Assembly: GCA_041665405.1 (NCBI GenBank)
Contig: JBAYIZ010000007.1
Location: forward strand, 1-55,181
Direction of reading: 5' to 3'
DNA from: Candidatus Magasanikiibacteriota bacterium
Lineage (GTDB): Bacteria; Patescibacteriota; Patescibacteriia; Magasanikbacterales; GWA2-37-8
DNA: 55,181 nucleotides
Positions 36,098 to 44,896 of this stretch are shown piece by piece. Made by a program: the position numbers and the translations under genes. Under the pieces are notes generated by a model. The model was not told the origin of the DNA. It saw only the letters and a program-made list of their open reading frames with translations, and ran no database searches. Position 1 is the stretch's first letter. Each line of letters begins with the position of its first letter.

Positions 36098-37849
36098 ATG
36101 GAAAAAGAACAATTGGAAAAAATGCGTCATTCATTAGCTCATTTAATGAGTATGGCCATAATGGAAAAAAAATATCCTCAGGCCGGTTTGGGTGTGGGGC
36201 CTTCTATTGAAAACGGTTTTTATCAGGATTATGATCTGCCGGAAAGTATTTCTGAAAAAGATTTCGAGTGGATAGAAAAACGGATGCGTGAAATGATCTC
36301 TCAAAAAATTAAGTTTGTAAAAAGTGAAGCGAGTTTTGAAGATGCTTTGAAATTTTATACGCACGATCCGTATAAAACAGAAATGATTCATGGACTCAAA
36401 GAAAAAGGCGAAAAGGTATTAAGTTTTTATGATTCCGATTGGTTTCATAATCTTTGCGCTGGGCCACATGTAGAAGATACGAGCGAAATTAATCCTGATG
36501 CGTTTAAATTAACTCATGTAGCAGGTGCTTATTGGCGTGGAGACAGTAAAAATAAAATGTTACAAAGAATTTATGGGGTTGCTTTTGCCACCAAAGCGGA
36601 ATTGGATGAGTATCTGCATTTGTTGGAAGAAGCAGAAAAGCGAGATCACCGAAAAATTGGTGCTGAGCAAGATTTGTTTTTCTTTGATGAGAAGGTTGGC
36701 AAGGGTTTGGTAATGTGGTTGCCAAACGGCACTATTATTCGCAATGAAATAGAAAAATTGGCTACTGATTTTGAACGCGCGGCCGGTTATGTTCGTGTTC
36801 GTACCCCACATTTGGGCAAAGAAGAGCTGTATCTCACTTCCGGTCATTTGCCATATTATAAAGATAGTATGTATCCAGCGATGGTAATGGATGATGGTAC
36901 TTATTATCTCAAAGCGATGAATTGTCCACACCATCATACGATTTTCAATCACAACAAACATAGTTATCGTGATATGCCTCTGCGTATTGCAGAATATGGT
37001 GAGTGCTATCGCAATGAATTGTCTGGCACATTAGCTGGGCTGTTGCGCGTACGCTGTATGGCGATGAACGATGCTCATATTTATTGTCGCAAAGATCAGG
37101 TCAAAGCCGAATTCAAGAGTGTGATTGATCTGATGGTAAAATATTTCAAGATTTTTGGTTTAGAAAATTATTGGTTTCGTCTTTCCAAGTGGAGCCCTGA
37201 TCATTTGGACAAATATATTAACGAACCTCAAAATTGGGAATACAGTGAAGGTATAATTCGCGAAGTATTGCAAGAAATGAAAGTGCCATTTGTGGAAGCG
37301 GAGGATGAAGCGGCTTTTTATGGACCAAAAATTGATGTAATGTTCAAATCCATTATTGGTCGCGAAGAAACTATGTCTACTGTTCAATTGGACTTTGCCG
37401 CCAAACAAAAATTTGGATTAAGTTATACAGATGAAACCGGTCAAGACAATAATGAAGTATTTGTTATTCATCGTGCTCCACTTTCCACACATGAAAGATT
37501 CACAGCCTTTTTGATAGAGCATTATGGTGGTCGTTGGCCGGTATGGTTGTGTCCAACTCAAATCGTACTGGTACCAGTAGTGGATAAACATATCGAGGGG
37601 GCAAAGGCGATAGAACTAGAATTATTTAATTTGGGTGTTCGTGTAGAAAGTGATTGCGCCAGTGAAACATTAGGCAATCGCGTGCGTAAGGCGGCCAACA
37701 GACAAGTACCATATATCATTGTAGTCGGAGATAAAGAATTGGCCGGTGAAGATTGGATGATCAAAGTACGTGGACAAAAAGAACAGATTAAAATGAGTAA
37801 AACAGAATTCTTGGTTAAAATTCAAAGTGAAATAAAGGACAGAATATAA
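36098..37849 (+). CDS. thrS: Threonine--tRNA ligase (no N-terminal TGS domain)
   Basis: 583 aa. Editing-domain RHSLAHLM and CAGPHV. Class II core and anticodon-binding domain. Confidence 0.92.
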   Translation: MEKEQLEKMRHSLAHLMSMAIMEKKYPQAGLGVGPSIENGFYQDYDLPESISEKDFEWIEKRMREMISQKIKFVKSEASFEDALKFYTHDPYKTEMIHGLKEKGEKVLSFYDSDWFHNLCAGPHVEDTSEINPDAFKLTHVAGAYWRGDSKNKMLQRIYGVAFATKAELDEYLHLLEEAEKRDHRKIGAEQDLFFFDEKVGKGLVMWLPNGTIIRNEIEKLATDFERAAGYVRVRTPHLGKEELYLTSGHLPYYKDSMYPAMVMDDGTYYLKAMNCPHHHTIFNHNKHSYRDMPLRIAEYGECYRNELSGTLAGLLRVRCMAMNDAHIYCRKDQVKAEFKSVIDLMVKYFKIFGLENYWFRLSKWSPDHLDKYINEPQNWEYSEGIIREVLQEMKVPFVEAEDEAAFYGPKIDVMFKSIIGREETMSTVQLDFAAKQKFGLSYTDETGQDNNEVFVIHRAPLSTHERFTAFLIEHYGGRWPVWLCPTQIVLVPVVDKHIEGAKAIELELFNLGVRVESDCASETLGNRVRKAANRQVPYIIVVGDKELAGEDWMIKVRGQKEQIKMSKTEFLVKIQSEIKDRI

Positions 37850-37860
37850 ATTCGATAATA

Positions 37861-37893
37861 ATACAAAATCCGCTCAAAAGACGGATTTTGTAT
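37861..37893 (+). terminator. Intrinsic terminator
   Basis: ATACAAAATCCG-N9-CGGATTTTGTAT. Confidence 0.7.
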
Positions 37894-37901
37894 TATTCCA
37901 C

Positions 37902-37930
37902 TTGCATTTTTTCACTATTATAAGTATAAT
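37902..37930 (+). promoter_or_regulatory. miaA promoter. The -10 ends 7 nt before the ATG, so the mRNA is probably leaderless.
   Basis: TTGCAT, N17, TATAAT. ATG at 37938. Confidence 0.45.
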
Positions 37931-37937
37931 CCGTTCA

Positions 37938-38870
37938 ATGAAAAATCATTTCCCCAAAGTTATCTTTATAGTTGGCCCAACTGCCTCAGGAAAAACTGTT
38001 CTGAGTATTTTATTGTCTAAAAAATTTAATGGGGAAGTAGTAAACGCCGATTCTCGCCAGGTCTATAAAGAAATGAATATTGCTACGGCAAAGCCAGCCC
38101 ATGATCCTGGAAGGCAAAATAGCGGGGAATATATTTTTCAGGGGGTAGCTCATCACTTGGTGGATATTGTTAAACCGAGCAAACGTTTCACTTTGTCTGA
38201 TTTTAAGGATCAGGCTAACCTGGCGATAGCGGATATTTTGTCTCGCGGGAAATTGCCCATTGTGGTTGGAGGAACAGGCCTATATATTTGGTCGCTGGTA
38301 GATAATTTAGATATTCCGAAAGTAGAACCGAACACAAAGTTAAGAAAAAGTTTTGATTTGAAACCTTTGGAAGAGTTAATAAAGTTATTAAAGAATATTG
38401 ACCCGGAAACGGCCAAAACTGTAGATTTGAAAAATCGTCGTCGAGTGATGCGGGCTCTGGAAGTGGCGATTAGTAGTGGAGAGTCTTTTGTTTCGCAAAC
38501 TACCAAATCAATACCATTATATAATGCGTTACAAATTGGTATAAAAACAGACAGAGAAAAACTTTATCAAAATATAAATAATCGCATCGATTCTCAAATC
38601 CAATCTGGTTTGGTGGAAGAGACAAAAATACTATCGGGCAAATATCCTTGGGACTTATCGAGTATGAGTAGTATCGGCTATAAGCAAATCGGCAGCTATT
38701 TGAGAGGGGAGATTACTCTGGAAGAAGCAGTGGACGTATTAAAACGTGATACTCGCAGATATGCCAAAAGACAAGAAACATGGTTTAAACGCGACAAGCG
38801 GATTGTATGGATTGCGCCAGACGATATTGTTGGAGCGCAAAAAATTATTACAAAATTTTTGGATAAATAA
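37938..38870 (+). CDS. miaA: tRNA dimethylallyltransferase
   Basis: P-loop VGPTASGKT and NADSRQVYKEMNIATAKP. Confidence 0.9.
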   Translation: MKNHFPKVIFIVGPTASGKTVLSILLSKKFNGEVVNADSRQVYKEMNIATAKPAHDPGRQNSGEYIFQGVAHHLVDIVKPSKRFTLSDFKDQANLAIADILSRGKLPIVVGGTGLYIWSLVDNLDIPKVEPNTKLRKSFDLKPLEELIKLLKNIDPETAKTVDLKNRRRVMRALEVAISSGESFVSQTTKSIPLYNALQIGIKTDREKLYQNINNRIDSQIQSGLVEETKILSGKYPWDLSSMSSIGYKQIGSYLRGEITLEEAVDVLKRDTRRYAKRQETWFKRDKRIVWIAPDDIVGAQKIITKFLDK

Positions 38871-38980
38871 AAAAACACCACGAACATAATGACTTTTGCG
38901 CTTTTTTCACCCGCGATGGTGAAAGGATGAGCCTCGGCTCATAACCCGCTTAAAAGTAATTATGTTCGTGGTGTTTTTTT
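38871..38980. terminator. Branched 110-nt hairpin element (E4) between convergent genes, likely a bidirectional terminator
   Basis: Outer stem AACACCACGAACATAAT / ATTATGTTCGTGGTGTT flanked by A6 and T8. Inner hairpins TTTCACC/GGTGAAA and ATGAGC/GCTCAT. Confidence 0.6.
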
Positions 38981-38991
38981 TATTTTGATTT

Positions 38992-40866
38992 TTAATTGTT
39001 GAGTGAAATTTCGTTCCCCAATAGTTCTAGTTTCTTTCCGCTCACTGTATCATCAGCGGTGACATGTACTTTTGAAACTAGAGTATCCTGAGTGGGATTG
39101 TTTTTGTTAATAGTGACAGAAAATGGAAAAACCAAAACATCTGTGTTGTCTGTCATTTCAGGTATAGTCCAGACCAAATGTTTCGTCTTTGGATTATATT
39201 GGACAATATTGGATGGGGTCGAAGAAGGCCCGTCCCATATGATGTCGCCATAAATATCAGCTGATAAAGTAACGTTTTTTAATGGGTGATAGGTATTGTT
39301 TAACATCCAAGTAATACTGTGTTTTTCTTTTTCTTGGCTATCACTACTAATATCATTTTTTACTTCAATCGATAAATCAGAATTGAGAGTGATATTTATA
39401 GGGTTGCCACTAATTGTCTGAGTTGCCTTGGTAGAATCAACAAAGGTAAGCTCAGTTGTGATTTTAATTTGATTATTTTCAATACTATTCCAAGGTGCTT
39501 TATCACTATTTTTTATTGGTATCTGGAAGTCAAATGATACATCTGAACCAGAATTCAACTTACTTAAACTCGAGATTTTTTTATCATTCCACACTAGAGT
39601 AGCCCGACGAACCTGGTCAGATATTTGAGAGCCGTTGATGTCGCCGTCGTTTTTATCAGCGATGTCACTCCAGCTCAAGATACTTTGGTTTTTGTATGAT
39701 GGAGCGTCGACAGTGAGCTTGATTTGTGTTTTATTGATTACATCTTTACCAGAATTTTTTATAGCAATTGTAAAGTTGAGAATTTCACCTGGTTTTGATT
39801 CCATGTCGGTGAGTGATCCATTTATAGCAGTGTTAATTGTGACAGCATTTTTGATGATTTCGGTATTTAGAATAGCTTCGGACAATAAATAACTGTCTTG
39901 ATTTGGATTGGCCAATTTAACTTGTACTTTTAGTGCGACAGCACTTTCGTCTGTAGCGCTGAATTTGCCGGAAAAGTTTATAATATACTTGGAAATACTA
40001 TTTGTTGATGCAGATGGTTGTATTTTCCAAATTTTTTTTATTAGTGGAATTGATGAGGAAGTGATTGAAAAGCTAGCAGGGAAAACGGGAACCACTTCTA
40101 GGTTTTGTCTCATTAGATTGTCCTTGCTTTCTACCACTATCGTATAATGGGTAAGGGTGTCAAGTGTGATTTTATCGATACCAGACAACGAGATAGTAAT
40201 AGGCGCTTGAGCTGGCAAAACATTTAGAGTGGCTACTTTTTGCATTTCCGATTTGAAATTTTCAGGGGTGTAGTTCAACAAAACTCTCCACGATTGTCCA
40301 TTTCCTAATGATCCAAATAGATTACCAGTAATTTGTAATGTTTTTTCTTCGTTTGGTTTTAAAACACCGATATCCCATTCATTTTTTCCAACATTTTTTG
40401 GGTTTAATGAGCTTTGTGAGTAGACAAATCCAGATGGATAGTTGGTAGTCAAATTCACGTTATTGAGAGTGACGTTTTGGTTGTTTTTGAAGACAATCTG
40501 ATAGGTGGTGGTGGCTCCAATAGTAAAACTTTCTGGGCCGATTATTTTTAGATCTAGCTGTGTATCAGAAAATTTATTGGCCATTGGTAAAAAGAAAAAT
40601 CCTGCCCAGGCCAAAGCGGCTAGAATGGCAATTGAAAATACAAATTTGAATAGGCCACCAAGAAATGATCCGGTTTGAGTTTTATTTATTTTTCGCATAT
40701 CTGGCATTTTTCCACTGTCGTCTTTGTAAATACTAGTTAGTTGACGTTCGATTTTTTGGTCAGCATAATTGTCGTTTTTTGGTGGAAGTGCCTTGGTGGT
40801 GCGACGGCGTGGTTTTTTTGTAGCGATTTTCTCAAAATTTTCAACCGGTATGTTGTTTTTGGGCAT
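38992..40866 (-). CDS. Large membrane-anchored surface protein (repetitive beta-rich ectodomain)
   Basis: 624 aa. Basic cytoplasmic N-terminus, one TM (FVFSIAILAALAWAGFFFL), then a Ser/Thr/Asn-rich region. Confidence 0.55.
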   Translation of the reverse strand: MPKNNIPVENFEKIATKKPRRRTTKALPPKNDNYADQKIERQLTSIYKDDSGKMPDMRKINKTQTGSFLGGLFKFVFSIAILAALAWAGFFFLPMANKFSDTQLDLKIIGPESFTIGATTTYQIVFKNNQNVTLNNVNLTTNYPSGFVYSQSSLNPKNVGKNEWDIGVLKPNEEKTLQITGNLFGSLGNGQSWRVLLNYTPENFKSEMQKVATLNVLPAQAPITISLSGIDKITLDTLTHYTIVVESKDNLMRQNLEVVPVFPASFSITSSSIPLIKKIWKIQPSASTNSISKYIINFSGKFSATDESAVALKVQVKLANPNQDSYLLSEAILNTEIIKNAVTINTAINGSLTDMESKPGEILNFTIAIKNSGKDVINKTQIKLTVDAPSYKNQSILSWSDIADKNDGDINGSQISDQVRRATLVWNDKKISSLSKLNSGSDVSFDFQIPIKNSDKAPWNSIENNQIKITTELTFVDSTKATQTISGNPINITLNSDLSIEVKNDISSDSQEKEKHSITWMLNNTYHPLKNVTLSADIYGDIIWDGPSSTPSNIVQYNPKTKHLVWTIPEMTDNTDVLVFPFSVTINKNNPTQDTLVSKVHVTADDTVSGKKLELLGNEISLNN

Positions 40867-40885
40867 AAAATATATAATTATTATT

Positions 40886-43426
40886 TTATTTTTCCATTAC
40901 CAGGCCCCATACCCGGTCTGTATTTAATGTTAGTGAAGAGATGCTGGCTCCATTTTTAGCCAATTCGATGCCGTCACCTTCTTTATAATTTGGTTGCCAA
41001 TCAGTAGGTAAGATTATTTGGCTCTCAAACAAACTTTCAATACCAGACTGTTTTTGTATTATTAGCTGATAACGCTGGGCTTGTTTTGAATTAACAATTT
41101 TTTGCCAAGAGATGTTGGCAGTTTGATTTATGTCAGCTAGTTTGAATGGAAGTTTATAAGTAAATTCGATTTCGGTAGTTTGTCCAGGTTCGGTAATTAC
41201 CCAATTGCCGAAAGCAGTCTTGCCAAATTCTTCAGTAATTCGAGTGCCGGTACGTTCATCAATTTTAATTTCTTTTTCTATTTGTTTTAAAAATTCATCA
41301 GCCTTGTATGTTTTTTCTGGTACTTTAAAATTACTTTCTTCGGGCCAAATAAAACCACTAGCGGATACAAGTTCACTATTTTTTGGAACATATAAACGAA
41401 TGTAATCAATATTGGTTGTGCCATATAATTTCTCTTGAGCATTGCCGGTATGAGTACGAGAAATTGTGACAGTATCAGTAATAGTGCCATCATCTTGTAC
41501 CACCGCTTGGTGACTGATGGATTGTTTTATTTTACTATCACTTTTTTCGCCATGGATGTTAGTGTTGAAGACAGCCAAATAATCTTGACGATCATTGGTA
41601 ACTAAAATTTTCCCGCTCCAACCCATTTGTTCTATTGCCAATTGAGCAGTCTGGTCGGTGAAGTAAGCCTGTACTTCTTTTTTTGTCAAAGCCTCTTGTA
41701 AATTTACAATCAACGGCACAAGATCTTTTGGTTCACTATTTTTGAAATGGTCAATAAATTGGGGAGCCAAGTCTGAGAGGATTTGTTTTGGTTTGTTGCC
41801 TTTTTTTTCTGGGCCGGTTTCAACTACTTGTTGGATGGTTGACAGAGCGTTGTCAGCCGAAAGTGTTAATCCTCGTTTTTCATCGGATATCGGACCAGTG
41901 ATTGCTAATAGTCTTTCCAGCACTGAGGCGTTGATGGCGATAACACCATCCACAGTTACATTGCGACTGTGGCGATAAAACCACATCATTTTTTGAGCAC
42001 TAGTAGAAAAATCTGGGAACCAATTCGAGTCCTGGAATTCCCAGCGTTTATTGGTTAGCAACAACGGGGTAGGTGGTTCCAAAAATTGATCCAATTGGCC
42101 TTGTATGTCGTAACTACCACCTGCTGGTACATCTAGACTGATAATTTTACCGTCTTTAACATCCATTACTGCGATACTACCGATAAATCCACCAGTAGGG
42201 CGTAGTTCGCTGGGATTTTGGAAGACTAATAAATAACGACGTTGACCTTGAACGCCAAAAATTTCCTTGATAGCCCCATTTAAATCAGACAAATTTTGTA
42301 AATCATGCAAAACTGCAGTAAAAATAATTTTAAATTCTTTGAATGGTCCCTGATAATCTAGAGGTAAGGAATCCGAGTTTACTGTATCTAAATAACCCAA
42401 CGCCTCCTTGTAGTTTGGTATAGCGGCCGACAGGTGGTTGTTAAAAATTCCCAATCTGATATTGAAAGTACTGCTAGCGTTGATTTGGCTTTCAGCTATA
42501 CCCTTTAGTAAATAGGTGTTGCCTTGAGCGATTTTTTGCCCAGCTAAGAGTAGAGATTGACGACTTCTGACTTCATTGTCTAAAACGGGAACGATAGAAG
42601 CTATTTTTTGTAAAAATTCATAGTTGTTTTCCATAGTGGATATTGCTGTTCCGAAGCTGTTTAAAGCATCGTTAATGGCGGTCTGAGCAGTAGGAATGTC
42701 GGCTTGCATTAGAGCAATAGTCGAATTTTGTAACGACAAAAAACCAGCAGTGCTATCTTGAACAATCTTGCCAGTGGTAAGTTTGATGTTCTGGTAATAA
42801 CTATTGGCCGAGCTAGGTACTATGAGGATAATAATTAAAATTACAGTGGCGGCGATGAGTCGTTGAAAGAAAAAATTTGCTCTAAAAAAGTTTTTTATAT
42901 TTTTACCCAAGTTTATCAATAGTGTATCAATTTTTTGGGTGATAGAATTAAAAGATTTTTTGATTGACCATTTTGCATGTTCACCACATTTTTGTTTTTT
43001 TGGTGTTAACTCTTTAGACAAAACAGAATTTTGGACAGATTCAGATGGAGATAAATTGGCAAATATTTTTTGGTTTATGTCTCCTGGAGTAATGGTTTTA
43101 TTGGATTGAATTTCTTGTTTAATTTTTTCGTAAGCGGCGTTGAAATCTAAAAATTTATTTTTTTCTGGAGAAATTGTGGCTACATTGTGCCAGGTTTGAG
43201 TAGTGTCTTTTTTTAGATTCACAACATGGGTCGAAGCGGTAGGTGAGTGTGAAACGTGATGAATAAAAAACTTGATCGGGGCGGCTGTAATAGGCGTTGA
43301 TTTGATTTGAACAAGCGAAGCTAAATACTGGCCACAGGTGGATTTGTTATGTCCAGGTTTATCACAAAAAGCACAACGACGGAGTTGTGGTCTCTTTTTG
43401 TTGAACAATTTATTTATTCGCGACAT
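40886..43426 (-). CDS. DUF4012-like surface protein with an N-terminal CCHC zinc knuckle
   Basis: 846 aa. CAFCDKPGHNKSTC (C-x2-C-x4-H-x4-C), one TM, then ELRPTGGFIGSIAV, which is typical of DUF4012. Confidence 0.6.
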   Translation of the reverse strand: MSRINKLFNKKRPQLRRCAFCDKPGHNKSTCGQYLASLVQIKSTPITAAPIKFFIHHVSHSPTASTHVVNLKKDTTQTWHNVATISPEKNKFLDFNAAYEKIKQEIQSNKTITPGDINQKIFANLSPSESVQNSVLSKELTPKKQKCGEHAKWSIKKSFNSITQKIDTLLINLGKNIKNFFRANFFFQRLIAATVILIIILIVPSSANSYYQNIKLTTGKIVQDSTAGFLSLQNSTIALMQADIPTAQTAINDALNSFGTAISTMENNYEFLQKIASIVPVLDNEVRSRQSLLLAGQKIAQGNTYLLKGIAESQINASSTFNIRLGIFNNHLSAAIPNYKEALGYLDTVNSDSLPLDYQGPFKEFKIIFTAVLHDLQNLSDLNGAIKEIFGVQGQRRYLLVFQNPSELRPTGGFIGSIAVMDVKDGKIISLDVPAGGSYDIQGQLDQFLEPPTPLLLTNKRWEFQDSNWFPDFSTSAQKMMWFYRHSRNVTVDGVIAINASVLERLLAITGPISDEKRGLTLSADNALSTIQQVVETGPEKKGNKPKQILSDLAPQFIDHFKNSEPKDLVPLIVNLQEALTKKEVQAYFTDQTAQLAIEQMGWSGKILVTNDRQDYLAVFNTNIHGEKSDSKIKQSISHQAVVQDDGTITDTVTISRTHTGNAQEKLYGTTNIDYIRLYVPKNSELVSASGFIWPEESNFKVPEKTYKADEFLKQIEKEIKIDERTGTRITEEFGKTAFGNWVITEPGQTTEIEFTYKLPFKLADINQTANISWQKIVNSKQAQRYQLIIQKQSGIESLFESQIILPTDWQPNYKEGDGIELAKNGASISSLTLNTDRVWGLVMEK

Positions 43427-43513
43427 CTTAAAATTTTGGTGATTGTTTAACTACTATATTATACACCTTTTTAGGCTGTCGTGCACCTATAAAAAACGGT
43501 AGTTATCCACTTT

Positions 43514-44632
43514 TTATTTGGTTTCATTATAAATTTGAAGAGTTTGAGTGGCCGTCTTTACCCATGAGTATTTTTGTAGAGTTTTTTGTCCTTTTTCGAT
43601 CAGATTTTTACGAGTGTCATTATCTTTAATCACCAAATTAGCCGCTGACGTAATTGAGTGAGGATCGTCAGGGTTAAAATATATGGCCGCCTCCTCTAAT
43701 ATCTCGGGTAAACAAGTCCGATCGGAAGAAATTACCGGCAAATCATATTGCATTGCTTCAAGAGGAGGTAACCCAAATCCTTCGTAGAGACTTGGGAAGA
43801 CGTAGAGAGAAGCGTTGCGATAAAGTTCTGGAAGTTCGTTGTCTGGGACAAAATCAGTCAAAATAATGTCTTTAATATTTTTTTGTTCTATGTATTTTTC
43901 TAATTGATGATAAAAATAATTTTTCTTTCCAGTCAAAACTAAATGATAAGTATGTCCATGTTGTTTGCAAAAAATTTCCCAAGCATCTACCAGTTTAAAC
44001 AAATTTTTATGAGGGTAAGCTACTCCAACGTACAGCCAGTATGGTTTGTTTATTTCATATTTTTTGTAGACAGAAAACGGAGCCTCGGCCATGGTTTTTT
44101 CAAGAGGAGATAAATATGTTGTGACAATTTTTTTATGATCAATTTTTAGAGTTTGAACAATATCTTGTTTGGTAAATTCACTGATGGTGATAATTTTATT
44201 AGCCTTTTTTACTGCATGGTTAAGAGTAAATCTGAACATTTTGTTTTTGATCCAATACCATATTGGTCCGAGCGTGCTCGCATGTCTAGTAGGAAAATGT
44301 AGAAGCAGAAGATCATGTATAGTGACCACAAATTTTTGATTATAAAAAAGCGGGACATTCCAATGAGGAAAGTGCATCAGGTCAACTTTTTCATTTTTTA
44401 TAATGTATGGAAAATAAATTTGTTCAGCCCAGCCATACCATCCAATATCGGCCAAAACTTTTTTAAATCTTAAATTCGTAGGATTATAATCATCCCAATT
44501 TTCCTTACGCAAAAATATCGCATACTCGTTTTGTGAATCAATTTTTTCTAGGTTGGCGATCAGTTGTTCTATGTATCGTCCCAAACCACCTTGCTTGGGT
44601 CCAAGCATGCGCGCATCAATTCCAATCCTCAT
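43514..44632 (-). CDS. Glycosyltransferase family 1 (GT4-type)
   Basis: 372 aa. C-terminal EGFGLPPLEAM motif. Confidence 0.8.
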   Translation of the reverse strand: MRIGIDARMLGPKQGGLGRYIEQLIANLEKIDSQNEYAIFLRKENWDDYNPTNLRFKKVLADIGWYGWAEQIYFPYIIKNEKVDLMHFPHWNVPLFYNQKFVVTIHDLLLLHFPTRHASTLGPIWYWIKNKMFRFTLNHAVKKANKIITISEFTKQDIVQTLKIDHKKIVTTYLSPLEKTMAEAPFSVYKKYEINKPYWLYVGVAYPHKNLFKLVDAWEIFCKQHGHTYHLVLTGKKNYFYHQLEKYIEQKNIKDIILTDFVPDNELPELYRNASLYVFPSLYEGFGLPPLEAMQYDLPVISSDRTCLPEILEEAAIYFNPDDPHSITSAANLVIKDNDTRKNLIEKGQKTLQKYSWVKTATQTLQIYNETK

Positions 44633-44667
44633 AATTATTATGTGGTTTATCTTTTTATAATACTATA

Positions 44668-44791
44668 GGTCAAACAAATATTAATTTTCGCCGCGCGAAT
44701 TGTCCGAAGCACCGAGAATTAAACCAAGCTGTCTGGAAAACCTCCAATTCGGTGCAAGTCTGAGCACAAGAAAATTCATATTTGTTTGACC
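44668..44791. repeat. Intergenic hairpin element E2 (124 bp)
   Basis: GGTCAAACAAATATTAATTTTC / GAAAATTCATATTTGTTTGACC (one mismatch) plus an inner stem GCACCGA(G)AATT / AATTCGGTGC. Confidence 0.7.
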
Positions 44792-44846
44792 GTATAAACA
44801 ACGGTACGAATTGAACCATAAATAGTATAACAGAGATATCCCCAAA

Positions 44847-44875
44847 TTGCCAAAATCAATTTTTTGGCATATAAT
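44847..44875 (+). promoter_or_regulatory. Promoter of the MgtE-N/CBS - NRAMP pair, with a palindromic spacer
   Basis: TTGCCA, N17, TATAAT. TGCCAAAA / TTTTGGCA 8-bp arms span the -35 and spacer. Confidence 0.5.
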
Positions 44876-44896
44876 AAAGCCGTCTAAATATATTTT

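Noticed and set aside
38871-38980. E4, or the 35397-35547 leader, as SRP (4.5S) RNA, tmRNA or RNase P RNA.
   Set aside because: There is no GGAA-capped domain IV-like helix with the conserved symmetric loop, no tRNA-like end with a tag ORF, and no P4 motifs. The 35397 element fits a T-box better.
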